Shown piece by piece: positions 1 to 14,019 of a stretch of 64,000 nt of DNA; within the stretch, counting starts at the first letter, position 1, and every line of letters starts with the position of its first letter. The translations under genes and the position numbers were made by a program. The notes below the pieces were generated by a model. It saw only the letters and a program-made list of their open reading frames with translations. It did no database searches and was not told the origin of the DNA. Source of the stretch: Thalia democratica (Eukaryota); contig OZ241827.1 of the NCBI GenBank assembly GCA_965202585.1, forward strand, positions 60,450,001 to 60,514,000. Reading direction: 5' to 3'.

Positions 1-3000
1 TTGGTAAGTTAACTTTTTATGCAATAACGTTTTTAGTTTAGAATTTCACTTACATTCATAATAATTTTTTTTTTACTTAACTGATTTTAATTTTTGATTA
101 AAAATTGTGTTACATTGTAAGTGTTTATATTTTAATTTTACTAAGGTTCAAACATTACATATTCCTCAAAAAGTACGCAAAAAACTTTTGTTGCTTAGTA
201 TTTTCTTTTTTAAATATCAGTTACTAGTTTATCTTATTTGCTAGCAAAATTAAAACAAAATTTACAACATAACTCTTGTTTATTATGCAAAATTACAGTT
301 TAACATCAAAAATTATTGTATTTATAAAAGTTTTTAAATCGTCATTAAAGAACATTAGTGCACACTTATGACAAAACCACGATTTAAAAATAGTGTTTTG
401 GTAAAATGAAGAATTCTATTTATTTTAAGAAACCATAACTCAAAAACTTTTCATGTTCTTTTCAAATGACCAAATAAAATAAGAAACACAATAACAAACA
501 GTTTTTCTGATTTTTATTAAATAACTTGAAAAGCTTATAAATGTAAGCTAAATACGTCATAATCTTTTTTTGTTTTGTAAAAATAAAAGTTTAAATCTAA
601 ACTCTTGGAAATCTAGTTAGCCTTTAAACTTAAGTAAAACACAATATGCATTTTAGTTTGCTTCTTACTACAAATGATATCATGTTTTTACAGGTGTTGC
701 TTTGTCGAAAAGACATTCTAAAGTAAAAGGCGGCAATGGGTTAGTTTTATTTTTATAAAATGTTTCTTGAACACTCAAAAAAGAGGTTTTATTAAAGTAT
801 TCGTAGCTTTTTTGAATTTTTGTAAGTAAGGTACTGTAAACTATCAAAACAATATTTAAGTCTTCATTGATACATTTATTGAAGCTTCACATAAATTCTT
901 ATTTTTTCTTCAATTTAAGAAGTGTGCATAAGATTGATAATGATTTACTTTTATCATTTAACAAATAACTTTTTTTGTGTTCGAAAATTTGTTTGTACTT
1001 TAGTTCTTAAATTTTCGTCTATGTGTAAACAACTTTCTCTATTAAAAGTAAAATCGGTGTTAAAAGTGCTACCAAAACGTGCTTTTAAAAATGTAGTAGT
1101 TGTTTATTTTGTAAAACCTAGTAATTACAACAAACAATAACTCACTTTTAAGTAAATATCAAAAAAGTTTTTCTTGCTAACATTTTCATACTTTTAACAT
1201 GTTTTTCACATAACAAAGCACGCTATAACTGAATTTTTACAATAAGGTTATTTATTTGGCAAACATATTTTCAAAGAACATTTTACAAGCACTTAAATGA
1301 AAAAAACTTCAGCATAATTTAAATTTTCCTTAGCGTCAAAGAGTCTTGATAAATGCAATTGATTATAAAAATGAATGGAAAACAATGCTTATTAATTAAT
1401 TTGATATATGATCGGTATATTTGTTATCTAAAACATACTCCAAATACACAGCTTATTCAGTTTGTTCAAACGGTGACTACAGTTAAATTATACTTCCGAA
1501 AGTTTAATATTTTGCTTAGTTAACTGTTATTAAGAAACAGTACAAGCAATTTTTTGACCTCTTTAAAAGAAAACATTTTAATTGTAGAAATTCTATTAAC
1601 GATTTGTTTCTTTAAGTTGTTATTAAATCCGACAATAATTCTAAACTTATTTCAGGTTCCAACCAACACAGCAAAAGTCTTCGTCAAATGAGAGTACGTA
1701 TTTTACTCTTTTTTTTAATATATTTTATGTAAAATTTTGAAAAAATTAAATCACACTAACTTAAGTTGAATTTTACAGACTAATAGTTTAACAAAAGTCT
1801 GATAGGTATTTAGTAACGAAATGAAAAGTTAAAGTTTATGGTTTACATAAACAAAATTGTAAAACAATTATTTTACTTGTAATTGAATATATTTAATTCC
1901 TAAAAATCGTCAATTTTATCGTATGTTGTAATGTACGATCTGTAATAATTTGTAATAAATTTTTAATGGGTGTGCTAAATTTAACTAGATATCTAAAATA
2001 GTATTATGTTAGTGCTAAAAGTTAATAAAAGTTATTGTATAAATAAGTTATAAATAAAGTGTTTTATAAAGTATTCCTATACCACGAAAAATTGTTCAAA
2101 CGTGTTAAAAATAAGTAAAAGTTAATTATAACTTTTCTCGTTTAAATCAAGTCTTCAACTTTTATACTATAATTAGTATAGAATCAAAATATTAGAACAC
2201 AACAGAGAATATTTCGAATTTTATTATGTTTTCTAGGCGGTAAACTGACTATTTTGAAACACATGAAAGATTTAGAGGTAGTCTCTGACGAAAGTGCGAC
2301 TTTTAAATGTTATATTACAACAAAAAATTTTGAAAAGAATGTTGAATATCAGTGGTTAGTTTTGTTTTTAAACTTAATTATTAAATGGATGTTGGTTAAC
2401 AAACAACTTTTAATAAAAAATAATTCATTTATTTCCGTAACTCTAATGATTTGAATTGAAAATGTATAAATGTAAATGGTGTAATATTAAACATGCCTAA
2501 CACAAAAATAAGAATTAAGCAAATTACAACTTTTTATGAAGTTACAGCAAGTTTTAGGCAAAAAATACATTTTTAAATTATAAACATGGTTTATTGTAAT
2601 TAATTTTGAATACCTACTACTTTATTCTCGAAAAACAAAAGTTAAGATAATAATAAATAAGTCAGGACTTTAACTATTCTAGTACGGTTACTTTAGAATT
2701 CTTAATAAAATGTTATTTTTCTTAACTTTTCTTGAACTTTATTTTAAAGAATTATTTTTCTATATACGTTTTACAAAATTAGTAATTAACAAGCTTTACC
2801 TATGTACTCAAACAGACTTAAAAGCTTTATTATAAGTTTAAAAAGTAAAAAAAAAACATTATAAAGTTAACAAAGTTATTACAAAAGTTTAAAAGTTGTA
2901 ATAAGATATGTATGATACCTACACAAAGCCGGTCATTAAATTGCTGAGTTTAAATAAATAATGTTAGTAAGCATAAATCATTTACCTTGACATATCAAAA

Positions 3001-6000
3001 CACCATTAACTTTTAAAGCATTAAAACATTATTGAGCTTTTACTTAAGCTTGATGTTTCTACTTTATTGTATAGTAAATAACATAGAATAAGAAATCGTT
3101 GTACACCTAACGTAAAATAACAAAATCGTAAATTAAAGCTTAAAAATAATAAAATATATTAACACGATAAAGAAACTTTTCTTTTAAATAGATTAACATA
3201 CTTCGATCATAGCTTTAGTAATACAAAAATAATTTGTACCTATAAAATTAAGTTTAGTTATTTAACTGTAACTTTTATTTAATTATATTTTCTAAAATAG
3301 AAAGTTTAGAGTTTTTGAATGGAGATACATAACTAAGAAATTCACAAAAACATAAGAAAGCACTTATTTGCATATTAGTTGTTCGGTGTAAACGCAGCTC
3401 ACTTAACAAGATTAAAATTTGCTCAGTTACACTAGCTTAAACGATAGTTTATGTATTCTAACTTCAAAGAAGTATCACGAACTATTTAAAGCTCGAATTT
3501 TAAAGTACTTTTTTTTTTTTAATTTAAGTTGATTCCGCTTAATTAGTAACAATAAACAAACTTTTTCAATTTAATTAATTGACATTAAGTAAACAAATTG
3601 CAATGTATTTTTAATTATGCATATTCTAACTTTTGTGATTGTATGAAAAAAGTTTATAGTTGTTTAAAGCTCAAAAAGTTCTTAGAATGCAAGTGATAAT
3701 TTTTTTATTTAACAAAATCTAAAAATAAATAAAATCATTGAAGAAAATTAGTTATAACTAAAAAAACGTTAAATTTGTTTAGATATAATGAAATTTAGTT
3801 GAATTTATTTCAATAACATAACTATTACGTAAAAATGTTCTTTTATAACAGGTGCATACTTTGAATAATATCATATATGTGAAAAACTATAATATGATGA
3901 AAAACTGTCTTTTAAAATGCTTTCATCTTTTAATATAGATTTTCAGCATTAACTGCATCTAAACAAAAACTATAAAATTTATGAAATATATTTCTAGGTA
4001 TTTCAACAAAAAAAGGTTAAACCCACGCGAGGACGGTAGAATAACAATAGAAACGAAATCCTGGGGATCCAAACTAAAAATAAATAATGTTTACACTTCA
4101 GATTCAGGGTCTTACAAATGTGTAGCAACTAATAACAATGACAGGGTTGAATTAAGTGCATCTTTGATAGTTTCCTTTCGTAAGTAAAAACTCAAAGTGT
4201 TATTTGTAAATGTTTTTAATATGTTAGCAGTTATCTTGTAAGCAAAATCTTTAAAGTACTTATCAAAATACAGATTGAGAAAAGTTTTAAACTATTTAGA
4301 GAAAAATAAATGTTTTAAGCATTTATATGTAAGCCTAAAAGCGTAAAAAATACATAAAAGTATTTTTCTAAAGTAGATACAGTTTTTTAAACGCTTCTAG
4401 TTTATATTTTCAATTAGTTTAAGTTAAATTTCACTTAGTAGAGTAATACATTTTATTCTAAGTTTTTAAACAATGTAATTTAAGCCAAGTTCTCTTTACA
4501 GAAAAGCCCCCTGAGCACAGTGAAGAAGATCAACCCATAATGTTAGTTCAAAGACTAGTTAAACTATTATTAAATAACAAAACATTTAAACAGGTAAGCA
4601 CACTTGTTAACGCCTGTAAAAGCATCATATACTCTTTTTTTCAGGTTTCAACAAGATGCGCAATGCGTTGAATATAACGGAAATGTTTGTGCAGATTATT
4701 TAGGAAATACAAACATTTATGTAGACCCAGATGCTAATATTCAGCTCCAAGAAGTTACAATGCTTGCAGCTAAATCTAAATTAGGTTTGTTTAAACTATC
4801 ATAAAGTACCTGTCAAAATTACCGTTCCATGAACAGTGAAACTTATTTTTTAAGCAATGTAATCTATTTAAACAACTTTTCAAAACAACATCGTAAAAGA
4901 CCTCCCAAACTTTATATAATCTTTTAATTTGTTTACATTTTGTAATCGCCGTTAAAAATGACGCATTTTTTCGGAAACAATTTTGTTTAAAATTTAGTCA
5001 ATTTTAATTCTAAGCAAAAAGTAAGTAATTTTTATCAATGTAATGGACATTTGAAGTTTTCATAGACAGTTGAAAAATTTTCATGATCTGATTATCTTTT
5101 TTCGAGTTCACTTTCTTTTTACTTTAATAGTTGTTTATCTTATTGAATTTACTTTTACAGATGCATTGAAAATTAACTTTAATCCAGTTTGTAGAGAACT
5201 TTTGATGCCTGCTTATTGTTCTTTCATGTTTCCAACTTGCATAAAACACAAAGAGCAAATTTTACCAGTTTACTTATGTAGAGAAGACTGCGTGTCAGTA
5301 AAGAGAAATTACTGCAATTTTGACGAACTTGTCGACAGAGAAGGACTTGTATACTCATACTTAAAGGTATATTACATAAATCGGACTACAAAAAGTCTAA
5401 GGACACTTAAAATTGATTTATAAAAAATTGCTTTTCTTAATCTTCGCCTATACTAATTAACAAAAAATAAATATTTTAGCTATTAATTTTCCTTCACACT
5501 ACCTTTGATGCTATAAAAGCACTTTATGAGTTAGCATTGAGTTTATGCTTATTTAATTTTTAGAAAATGATGTCTACAGTTGATTGCTCTCTGTTACCAA
5601 CTTCATATAATTCTACTTGTAAAACAATTCAAGTGTCATTTTCCGAAGAAACATATGTAGAAAAAGACGATTGCTACAATGAATTTGACAATGGAAAATC
5701 TTACAACGGATTTGCAAGTACTACCGAATCTGGTTTAAAATGCATGGAATGGAACGGAAATAACGAGGTTTGAATAGTAAAATATTTACATTCAGTATAT
5801 TTTAAGTGCAATCTTTTTAATTCGATATAATTTAAAAACTAAACTTGATTTTCATTGTTTTTTATGTAGTTATAAGTATTTCAGTTTTTCAGAGTATTTA
5901 ACAAAACAATAATATATATCATTAATATTGACTTAGAGTGGAAAATTTAGCAACAACTATTGTAGAAATACTGACGGTATAGCGAGCAAGCCTTGGTGTT

Positions 6001-9000
6001 ATGTTGACAAACAAAATAAAATTCCTCAATCCTGCAAAATCAACACTTGTGGTAAATCCATTTGATTTATTTAATTTACAAAAATTCTACTTTTTTTTTA
6101 AATAAATAATTTTTAGAGCTTGACAACGACAACATGTTGCCGATGTTTGTAAAACTTTGTGTTTTGACAATTTGTTTATTTGTGGTTGTCGTGGTGATGG
6201 TACTTGGGTCGAAGTTTGTACGGCGACGCAACAGAAATAAAGCAAAATTCGCTCAGAATTACTTTAAACGATCTAACAGTCACAAACCTTTGATGTCTTA
6301 CAACGAAAATAAAAGTCACGCTAAAAACTATAGTGAGGTAACAAAATACATTTAAATATACTTCAAAAACCTTAATTATAACTCTATTCAAAAACCTTAA
6401 CTATTAAAGCACTAATGTATAGTTTTCTCAGGTCAACATACCTGTAGTGAAAAAATCAGCTGTAAAGGTTTCCGGAAGTGTTTTGGGATTTGGTTCATAT
6501 GGTTCTGTCCATTTAGTTGAAGTAAAGGAAGACAAAATAAAGAAGCAGTTTAAAGAAAAAGTAAACTTCATTAAACTGTATCAGGCGTTTTAACTATAAA
6601 GAAAAAAGTTTAAATTTATCGTTTTCTTTAACTCATCATCATAAACTATAAAATTTGTCAGAAAAAAGCTTCCTAAGCTCTAAATTTCAGAATTTGAAAA
6701 TTTTTACCTAAACTGCAAACTCAGCTGTACTATAACTATTTATTTTGTTTACGTCATATATTAAGAACATCTGCTCGGCACGACTTTGATTAATGTGTTA
6801 AATATTTGTTAAACAGATTACAGTTGTTTGTATTTCTTGTATTTCCAAAAACTTAAAAGTAGTTACAAGAAATTTTTCAAGCAAAATATCGAATTATCAA
6901 AGACTTAATGGTCTTAAATGCGACTAAGTTACTTAATTTTATAGTAAATATTATTAAAAAGTGTTGTTATTTTTTTTTTCTTCTTTAATGTTATATTATT
7001 ACAAAACACTACCTTTATCTTAAATTGTACGCTTTGTTATATCTATACGAAGCAAATATTCATTAAATATTATAAAAATCAAACTTTAATTGAAGCTTAC
7101 TACCATGATAAATATACAGTTTTTATAAACCAAACTAGTTATCTAGATAATTTCTTAAATCTTTTTTTAACTTATTATAATTATATCTGTTTACCAAACT
7201 ATAAATAAAACATAACTGAAAATGTTTTCATATCAAAACAAATAAACATATTTAGATGCCAAATGGTGTTATTATACATCATTTGTGACAAACATACCCT
7301 CATAGTTGTAAGTTGAAATAGTTCAACAAACACATTTTTCTTCATTCTTAAAAGTTTTGTGACACATTTTATAATGCTTAAATTAATACAAGATGAGATT
7401 TATGTAAAACTATTAGCTTAGTTTAAAAATAAATTATGTTTAGAATGAAAAACTTAAGCTTTATAAATAAGTGTGTTTGAATATATCTAAGCAGCAAAGG
7501 TTTATGTATTAGTTTTTAATTACTTATTTTAAATAGTATTTTATTTAATCATATGTAAACACTTTAGTTTAATATTTGAAGTTTTTACAGCTAGCTTCAG
7601 TCCAAGTCAAAAACTACGGAGAACTTTGCAATAGCCAACAGCAATGCTTATTGAAAATATTAAGACAAAAATCAACTATTATCCATCCGAATGTAACAAT
7701 ACTTGTTGTGAGTTTGAAGCTTTTATACTTTACATGAGTAGCATTTGCGAATAGAAAAACTTGTTTATAAAGAGTTAATTTTTTAACGGATTTTTTAACA
7801 AAAGAAAAAAAGTCGTGCATTGAATGTTTTACAATGCTTACTGAATGGGTCATTTTAACTACTCATAAAAGCATATTGAGTGTTTGAAGTCTGAATTAAT
7901 TCTACTCAAGTTTAAGTACTTGACGGCGACTCTGAGATTTTTGTTAGTAGATTACCGTCGCATTGTTTAATTATATCGCGGAAACTAAGATGCTGAAAAG
8001 CTTTTAAAGATAGCTTTAACCGGAGAAAGTTGTTGTTGTTATTTTTGTTTTAACCAAGTATCATTTCTGCTAAAAATATTGAACTATTTTATAAACTGTT
8101 TTTTATCTATTTTCATAAAATCGATCAATTTAGAAAAACAAACTTAGTTTAGAACGTTCATTAATTCAAAGTAAAATATTTATATAAATAGTTCGACAAC
8201 TTTTACAAAACTGTTTAATGAAACACTTAATTTTGGAATTAATTCTATAAGTTCACTGCCAAACAGTAATAAAATCAATTGTCTAGTTAATTATTTTGAA
8301 ACTTCTTTTTCTAACATTAGAAAGCTAAAACATAAATAAATAAAAAATTATAAGTTTATAAAAGTTTACTGCGTTTTTCTGAACTAACATATTAACACAG
8401 GTCGACAAATTTCTTATTTAATAAAAATTCACACAACAACAAGCTCTATACTAGATTATATATATTGTAATTTTTTCAATAGATAGTAAAATAAAACTTA
8501 TATCTATTCAAAAAGAAAAACATTAAAAATGTTAACAAAATATACTTAACAGGCAATAGTAAAAGAAGTTGATAAATTAACGGAAATTTACGAGTATGGA
8601 AATGGTTTACATCTTTCATTTTATTTGTCATCTACAATTTCATGTGAATTTGATTCATTGATGAATATCCTTAAACAAGTAAGAATACATAGAGTTTGAA
8701 ATAAAACTATAAAATAGTTTATTATGCCCAAACTAACGAATTAAACTTATATAAAAATTTAGTGTTTTTTTATTTAACTTAATAGTTTTACTGTATAATA
8801 TTTATTTTTAAACCAAATTGATTAAATAAAAAGATTTAAAGAATAGAAAACTAGATCATTAATAGCTTAAAAACTTAAAGCTTTACAATTTTAGATTTCA
8901 AAAGGCATGGCATACTTAGAATCAAAAGGTTTTGTGCACAAAGATTTAGCAGCTAGAAATATTGTGATGACTGACATAAACCAAATAAAAATTATCAACT

Positions 9001-10492
9001 TTAGTTTGAGACGAATTGTAGATAAAGATTGTTATTTTTGTGTGAAAAATTATGATATTCCCATGCCAGTAAGGTTAGTTAAAATGTTTAACAAAGTTTT
9101 AAGGCTTGATAAATTAAAGTTTAATATATATAAAAAAAGCGAAAACAACTTTTTAAGGAACTGAAAGCTTATTCACTAAACATATGCTAGTCATTTTTCA
9201 CTCTACTGCAGATAAGATATTCCTTTTTGATATTTATTGATTTAATATTAGCTCTAGAACACTTGGTTTTCTTAACTGCAAACTGTAGCTGAATTAGTTT
9301 GTTGTTTATTGATTTTGTTAATTGTTAGCAATATACTAGACTTTAGAACTTATTATTTAAAAGCTTTAAACTAGCTTTAACTTTCTGTCATTCACAAGGT
9401 TTGTAAAGCTTAATCGGTTATTGATTTTACTTTTAATATAAACGCTTCTTTTTATATATCCATTGTAACGTATTTTTAAAGATTTTAATCTGAAATAGTA
9501 ATAAAATATTACATTGTTTAATACTTCCATATAAAATAGATACAGTTTCAAAAACTAGCTCAGTATTTAATACTTTACAGATGGATGTCACCTGAAACAC
9601 TGATATCTAGTTCACATTTTTCATCAAAAAGTGATGTTTGGTCATTTGGTGTGCTCATATGGGAACTTTTTACTTATTCCACCCAGTTCACACCACTACC
9701 GTACTCCCATTTAATAGACGAAGAAGTTGTTATTAACATAGTAAGGGGTCAATTACTAGCGTGTCCACAAAAATGTCCTGAATATCTTTTCTGCTTAATG
9801 CAAAAGTGCTGGACAAGGAACATACTTCAAAGGCCTACATTTAAGGTTTGTTTATAAATAAGAAATAGTTTTAAAGCACTAAAAGCAATTAACTTTACTT
9901 TTAAAACAAAATTTCCTAAAATTTTCAGGAAATTGAAACTTTTCTGTGCGGTCCAATGATTCAAAATAGTCAAGTCGACCGACAATTCAACTTGAGGTTA
10001 GATATTGTTTTCCTTTCAACTTAAAAATACGCACAGAAATGTTTCAAATAGTTAATTAATTTCGTAAATATTTAGTTGGGTCTTTTGGATTAATATTTTT
10101 TTTAATTATTTTAATCTACAGTTTGTTTGTGAAAGCATTAAATAATTTTTTACACAATTTTAATTAATAGTAGTTTTTTCTCATTTGAACACTATTGTTT
10201 TTGTTTTTAGTACATATTTTTCTAGTAAAACTTTTGTTTAGCTCTAAGTTTTAGAAATTATAGTAGTTTAAATAGATTATTCACATTAAACTAAGTTGTT
10301 ATAGGGGTTAAATTGTTTTTCAATATAACGTGAAGATATACTATAACGTATAAATAAACTGAAACACATATTCCATTTATAAATATAAATAATTAAAACA
10401 GTTATGGATTACCATCATACAGCTCCATAGATTTTCAAGAAGATCAAAACAAATTGCTACCTTCTCCGAATGGAACATTGCTGATCACTTGA
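1..10492 (+). CDS. Ror: ROR-family receptor tyrosine kinase-like gene (Ig-Fz CRD-kringle-TM-kinase), 5' partial
   Basis: Phase-consistent GT-AG exons: (..3), 694-739, 1656-1693, 2237-2354, 3998-4179, 4502-4541, 4645-4784, 5161-5366, 5564-5767, 5937-6051, 6117-6337, 6432-6560, 7591-7707, 8553-8678, 8895-9073, 9581-9845, 9929-9996, 10402-10492. The sum plus 1 nt from the upstream exon is 2286 nt = 762 codons with no internal stop. The domain order is diagnostic of ROR. Confidence 0.9.
694..739 (+). CDS. Ror: Ror N-terminal exon (GVALSKRHSKVKGGNG)
   Basis: ttacag acceptor and gttagt donor; in phase with the GTAAGT donor at base 4 and with exon 1656-1693. Confidence 0.65.
1656..1693 (+). CDS. 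Ror: Ror 38-nt exon (FQPTQQKSSSNE)
   Basis: ttcag acceptor and gtacgt donor; its phase links 694-739 to 2237. Confidence 0.65.
2237..2354 (+). CDS. Ror: Ror Ig domain, first half
   Basis: SATFKC...YQW, Ig B-strand Cys and C-strand Trp; ttctag/gttagt. Confidence 0.85.
3998..4179 (+). CDS. Ror: Ror Ig domain, second half
   Basis: WGSKLKINNVYTSDSGSYKCVATN matches the I-set DxGxYxC motif. Confidence 0.9.
4502..4541 (+). CDS. Ror: Ror 40-nt linker exon
   Basis: tttacag/gttagt; QKPPEHSEEDQPI; bridges phase 1 to phase 2. Confidence 0.75.
4645..5366 (+). CDS. Ror: Ror Frizzled-type cysteine-rich domain (exons 4645-4784, 5161-5366)
   Basis: CVEYNGNVC...CRELLMPAYCSFMFPTC...LCREDC...YC; 10 Cys including those in the next exon. 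Confidence 0.9.
5564..6051 (+). CDS. Ror: Ror CRD end and kringle (exons 5564-5767, 5937-6051)
   Basis: CYNEFDNGKSYNG...CMEW...NYCRNTDG..KPWCY...C..C; six kringle Cys. Confidence 0.9.
6117..6337 (+). CDS. Ror: Ror transmembrane and juxtamembrane exon
   Basis: Hydrophobic LCVLTICLFVVVVVMVLG followed by the basic stop-transfer RRRNRNK. Confidence 0.9.
6432..9996 (+). CDS. Ror: Ror tyrosine kinase domain (exons 6432-6560, 7591-7707, 8553-8678, 8895-9073, 9581-9845, 9929-9996)
   Basis: LGFGSYG, VQVK, HPNV, GMAYLESKGFVHKDLAARN, NFS, PVRWMSPE, SDVWSFGVLIWELFT, CW...RPTF. Confidence 0.92.
10402..10492 (+). CDS. Ror: Probable last Ror exon (SYGLPSYSSIDFQEDQNKLLPSPNGTLLIT*)
   Basis: gttaga donor at 9997, aacag acceptor at 10401, in phase and higher GC than its flanks. 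The alternative is read-through to TAA at 10022-10024. Confidence 0.55.
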
Positions 10493-13400
10493 GTAATGGA
10501 TTGATTGATATAGACTGACCGTTGGTTGTAACTGAAAGTGATTTTTATAAGAGAAGAACGATGAGATGAGAACACACTAAATTTAAAATAAAAGTGATTT
10601 TAAAAGTAATTTAAATGTTTTTTTTTTATCTATTGTCATGAAAAATTTTGATTTAAATTCTTCTGATACCTTATATGTATAAATTGATATTTGTTCTGAA
10701 TAATTTTGTTTTAGTTAAGCTGTAGTACACAACAGTCATTAATTTACCTATTTTAACTAATTGAAATGTGTAAATTTAATTTATAAGTACTTTTGGAACA
10801 AAAGCATATTTTTACAACAAATTTTTCATTTCTTTTTTCTAACTTTGAGTGTAAGTTTCTTTATTGAAAACCCATCTGTAAATAGTAATTAATCTAAAAC
10901 AAGAAGTTTGTTGTAGTTTATTAATGTTAGCTTTACAATAATTGAATTAAGATTTACTCTAAAAAAGATATATAACGGTTGTAGCAATTTATAAGAGTTT
11001 AAAAAAACATTTGAGTAGTAATTTTAAATCTTACTAAAGAAAACTATGATAATAGTTTTATCAGTTTTGCCAATTATATTTACAAGCCAAAATCCTACAC
11101 AATTTTTAAGTTTTACAATGAATATTTAATCTAAGAAGTATAATTTTATACTCAAATTATTTTTAGTTCTTTTCATAATACTTTTAGTCTTTAAAACAAA
11201 TGTTTTTAGCATTCAAGATAATTTTTTGTATTATTTTTATTTGTAGTGTTTCAACTGTTCCTCTCTTTTTGTAAAAGACTAATTAATTAAATTAAAGTCA
11301 AAGTGAAAAAAATCTCCCAATAGTAATGTTAAACATTTGCAGCATGAAATTGATAACAATATTAGTAAGAAGATATACTCACGCTATAAATGTGTGAAAA
11401 TATTACGCTTCATGTAAAACTTTTAATTTATATTTAACTCATTGCTTAAACTTGTTACTTTTTAAACCTTAAAAAATGTAAGTTGTTTGTTTATTTTAAA
11501 ATTTAACAAACTCATTAAGTTAATCTTTAACCTATGTTTTTAGAATGCTTTTAGTTATTTTAGATGTTTAAAGTTTTAGATAATACGTTATCATACTAAA
11601 GATATGTTAAATTCTTATACAATATTAAAAAACAATTATACTAGCAATTCTTAAGAAAATACATAAAGCTAAATGCACTTTCAAAATTTGTAATATAACA
11701 GTTTTATAAACAAAAACTTATTTGCACAATTTTTTTTTTCGATAAATTATTTATTTAAACATACTTACGTCTTTAGAAAGAAATTACACACCACAATGTT
11801 TATAATTTTGTAGTATTCAGCAATAAGAAGATTAATTGAGTTTGCTACGAGTTTACGTTTATTAATGTGGTTGAGAGTTGTTGTACAGTTTGTGCGCATA
11901 TCTGTTAATGAACTATATGATTTTTCTGAACGTGATAAGATGGTTTTACTTTTTTAATAAAACTAAGTCAAATATTTTTTGATAAATGCGTTTTTTAGAT
12001 TAAAAAGCTGAGGTAAAGGAAATTTAATTTAAAGTACTTAAGACGTTAATGATTGTAAGCTTTTCAAATAATTTAGACAAATAACGACTTTAAGAATTAT
12101 TATGTTATCAATAGTAAAGTATTTAGTTTTACATATTTAATAACAAAAAAATCTAATATTGAGATAATATTAATAAAATACATTTAATTATATATTTAGA
12201 AAAAGTCAATTACTTTAAAATTTTGTGTTTTCTTTTATGTGTTTAATTAATTTATGCTGAGATGAAGTTCACTCAGTTATTTGCAACGAACAAAAATTAA
12301 AAACACTACCTAAGGTATTTTAAATAACTTAAAATTGCATATCTAAAGATTATTTTTGATTCTAAAACGATAACAGTTCTAATGTAGAGATAAAAAAAAC
12401 AACAAATTTTGAGTTTTACTAATGCTTATAAATAATAATAAACAAAATATACGCACAAAACTTACTTAATTTTAACTTTTAATATGTACTTTTATCTTTA
12501 CAACTGGCTAACTTTTGTACATTTAAATATAAATAAAAAAACGACTGCAAAGACTTTGAAAAACTTTTTACACATATTAAACAAAGAAATCAATGATTAC
12601 TAAATAATTCCTTTGGTCAATCAAATGTATTTATGGTCTCAGATAAAATGAAAGTAATTTCATAATTGAGATCATTAAGTTCAAAATCGTACAAAAATTT
12701 TAATTTACCTGGAATGGCCATTAAAAACTAATTTATCATAGAAGGTTTAATTTTATGTAGGTAAATATAAATTACCTGCTAATTTTGAAGATAATTAAAA
12801 TCGATTTTTATAATAGTCATTCAAAAGGTACTGTAAATAGTAAAACAAGCTCAGTCGTATACAGCTAAAATTAATTAGTTAGTAATATTTTTTAAACATT
12901 GATAGAAATTATTAGTCAAACATAAGTAAATAAATATAAATGATTAGTTACAACAAAAACGATGTAAGATACTACAGAATCAATTATTAATTAACTATCA
13001 AACATTTTTTGATGCTACCTAAAACAGACTTATGTTAAAACCTAAAAGTCATAAAATCAAGTTTTATCACCGTGAAACTACATTTTACGGTGGATAATTA
13101 AAGAATCTACGAATGTCATAAAATTTTAATTGCAACCGTAAATTATAAGTTTTCCATAGCAGAAATTAGATTTTGTTTTAAATCTTAAACTGTTAATTAT
13201 TTTTTTACAACAGTATAAACAACTTTGCGCTAATAGTTTTTTTTTATCTACAATGGTATTTTACTGGTTAAAAATAAAACTTTAAAGATTAGTTTGAACA
13301 ATATCCTTTTTTATTTTAAAGTTTAATTTAGTTTTTTATTATAAAATTTATGCAAGTAATGCCTTGAATTGATAATTTCACTAGATTTTAAGGTTCACAA

Positions 13401-14019
13401 TTTACTTTGCTTTGTAATTTTTATATTCAATTTTATACACATGTATAAAAAACTTTTGATATTAAAATCAATGAAATATAAAAGCTTGTTTACAAAAAGA
13501 TAATTTAAAAGGCATAAAAAAATTAGAGCTTTTAAAGACTTGACATTAAAGTTTCGAAGTTTGCTAAACGTGAAGCAAAATAAAAACATTTTTATGACTA
13601 AGATCATCGTGTGACCTAAATAGAGTTTACGAAAATCAAAACGAATTTTACGTTTGATTTTACGCATCTTAAATTTCATATGACTACTCTGTTTTAGATG
13701 TTTTAATGTTTTTGGGATTTAGGGTTTAAACCTGTGGAAACAGGTAAATCAGTGTGAACATATTTGTATTTTGTGCGCAAACATTTTTTTGAGGTATAAT
13801 AGTATTTTTTGTTGACGTTTGTTTTGTCTTTTTCTATGTAAAAAAAGCTAATTATAACGTAAACTATGATATTTTACAACATTATTCACGTATTCAAAAA
13901 GCTTTACGAATAACTCAAAATAAAAGTTTAAATATTTTTTCAATTCCATTCAACACGGTCAATAAGAAAGATTATCTTATCTTAGCTGTGAAAATATGTC
14001 AGTATATTTCACAACTGAC

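Noticed and set aside
12585-12630. In-frame TGA aligned with TGT in a UxxC-like context (selenocysteine?)
   Set aside because: A single transversion in a copy family that has other stops explains it; no SECIS identified.
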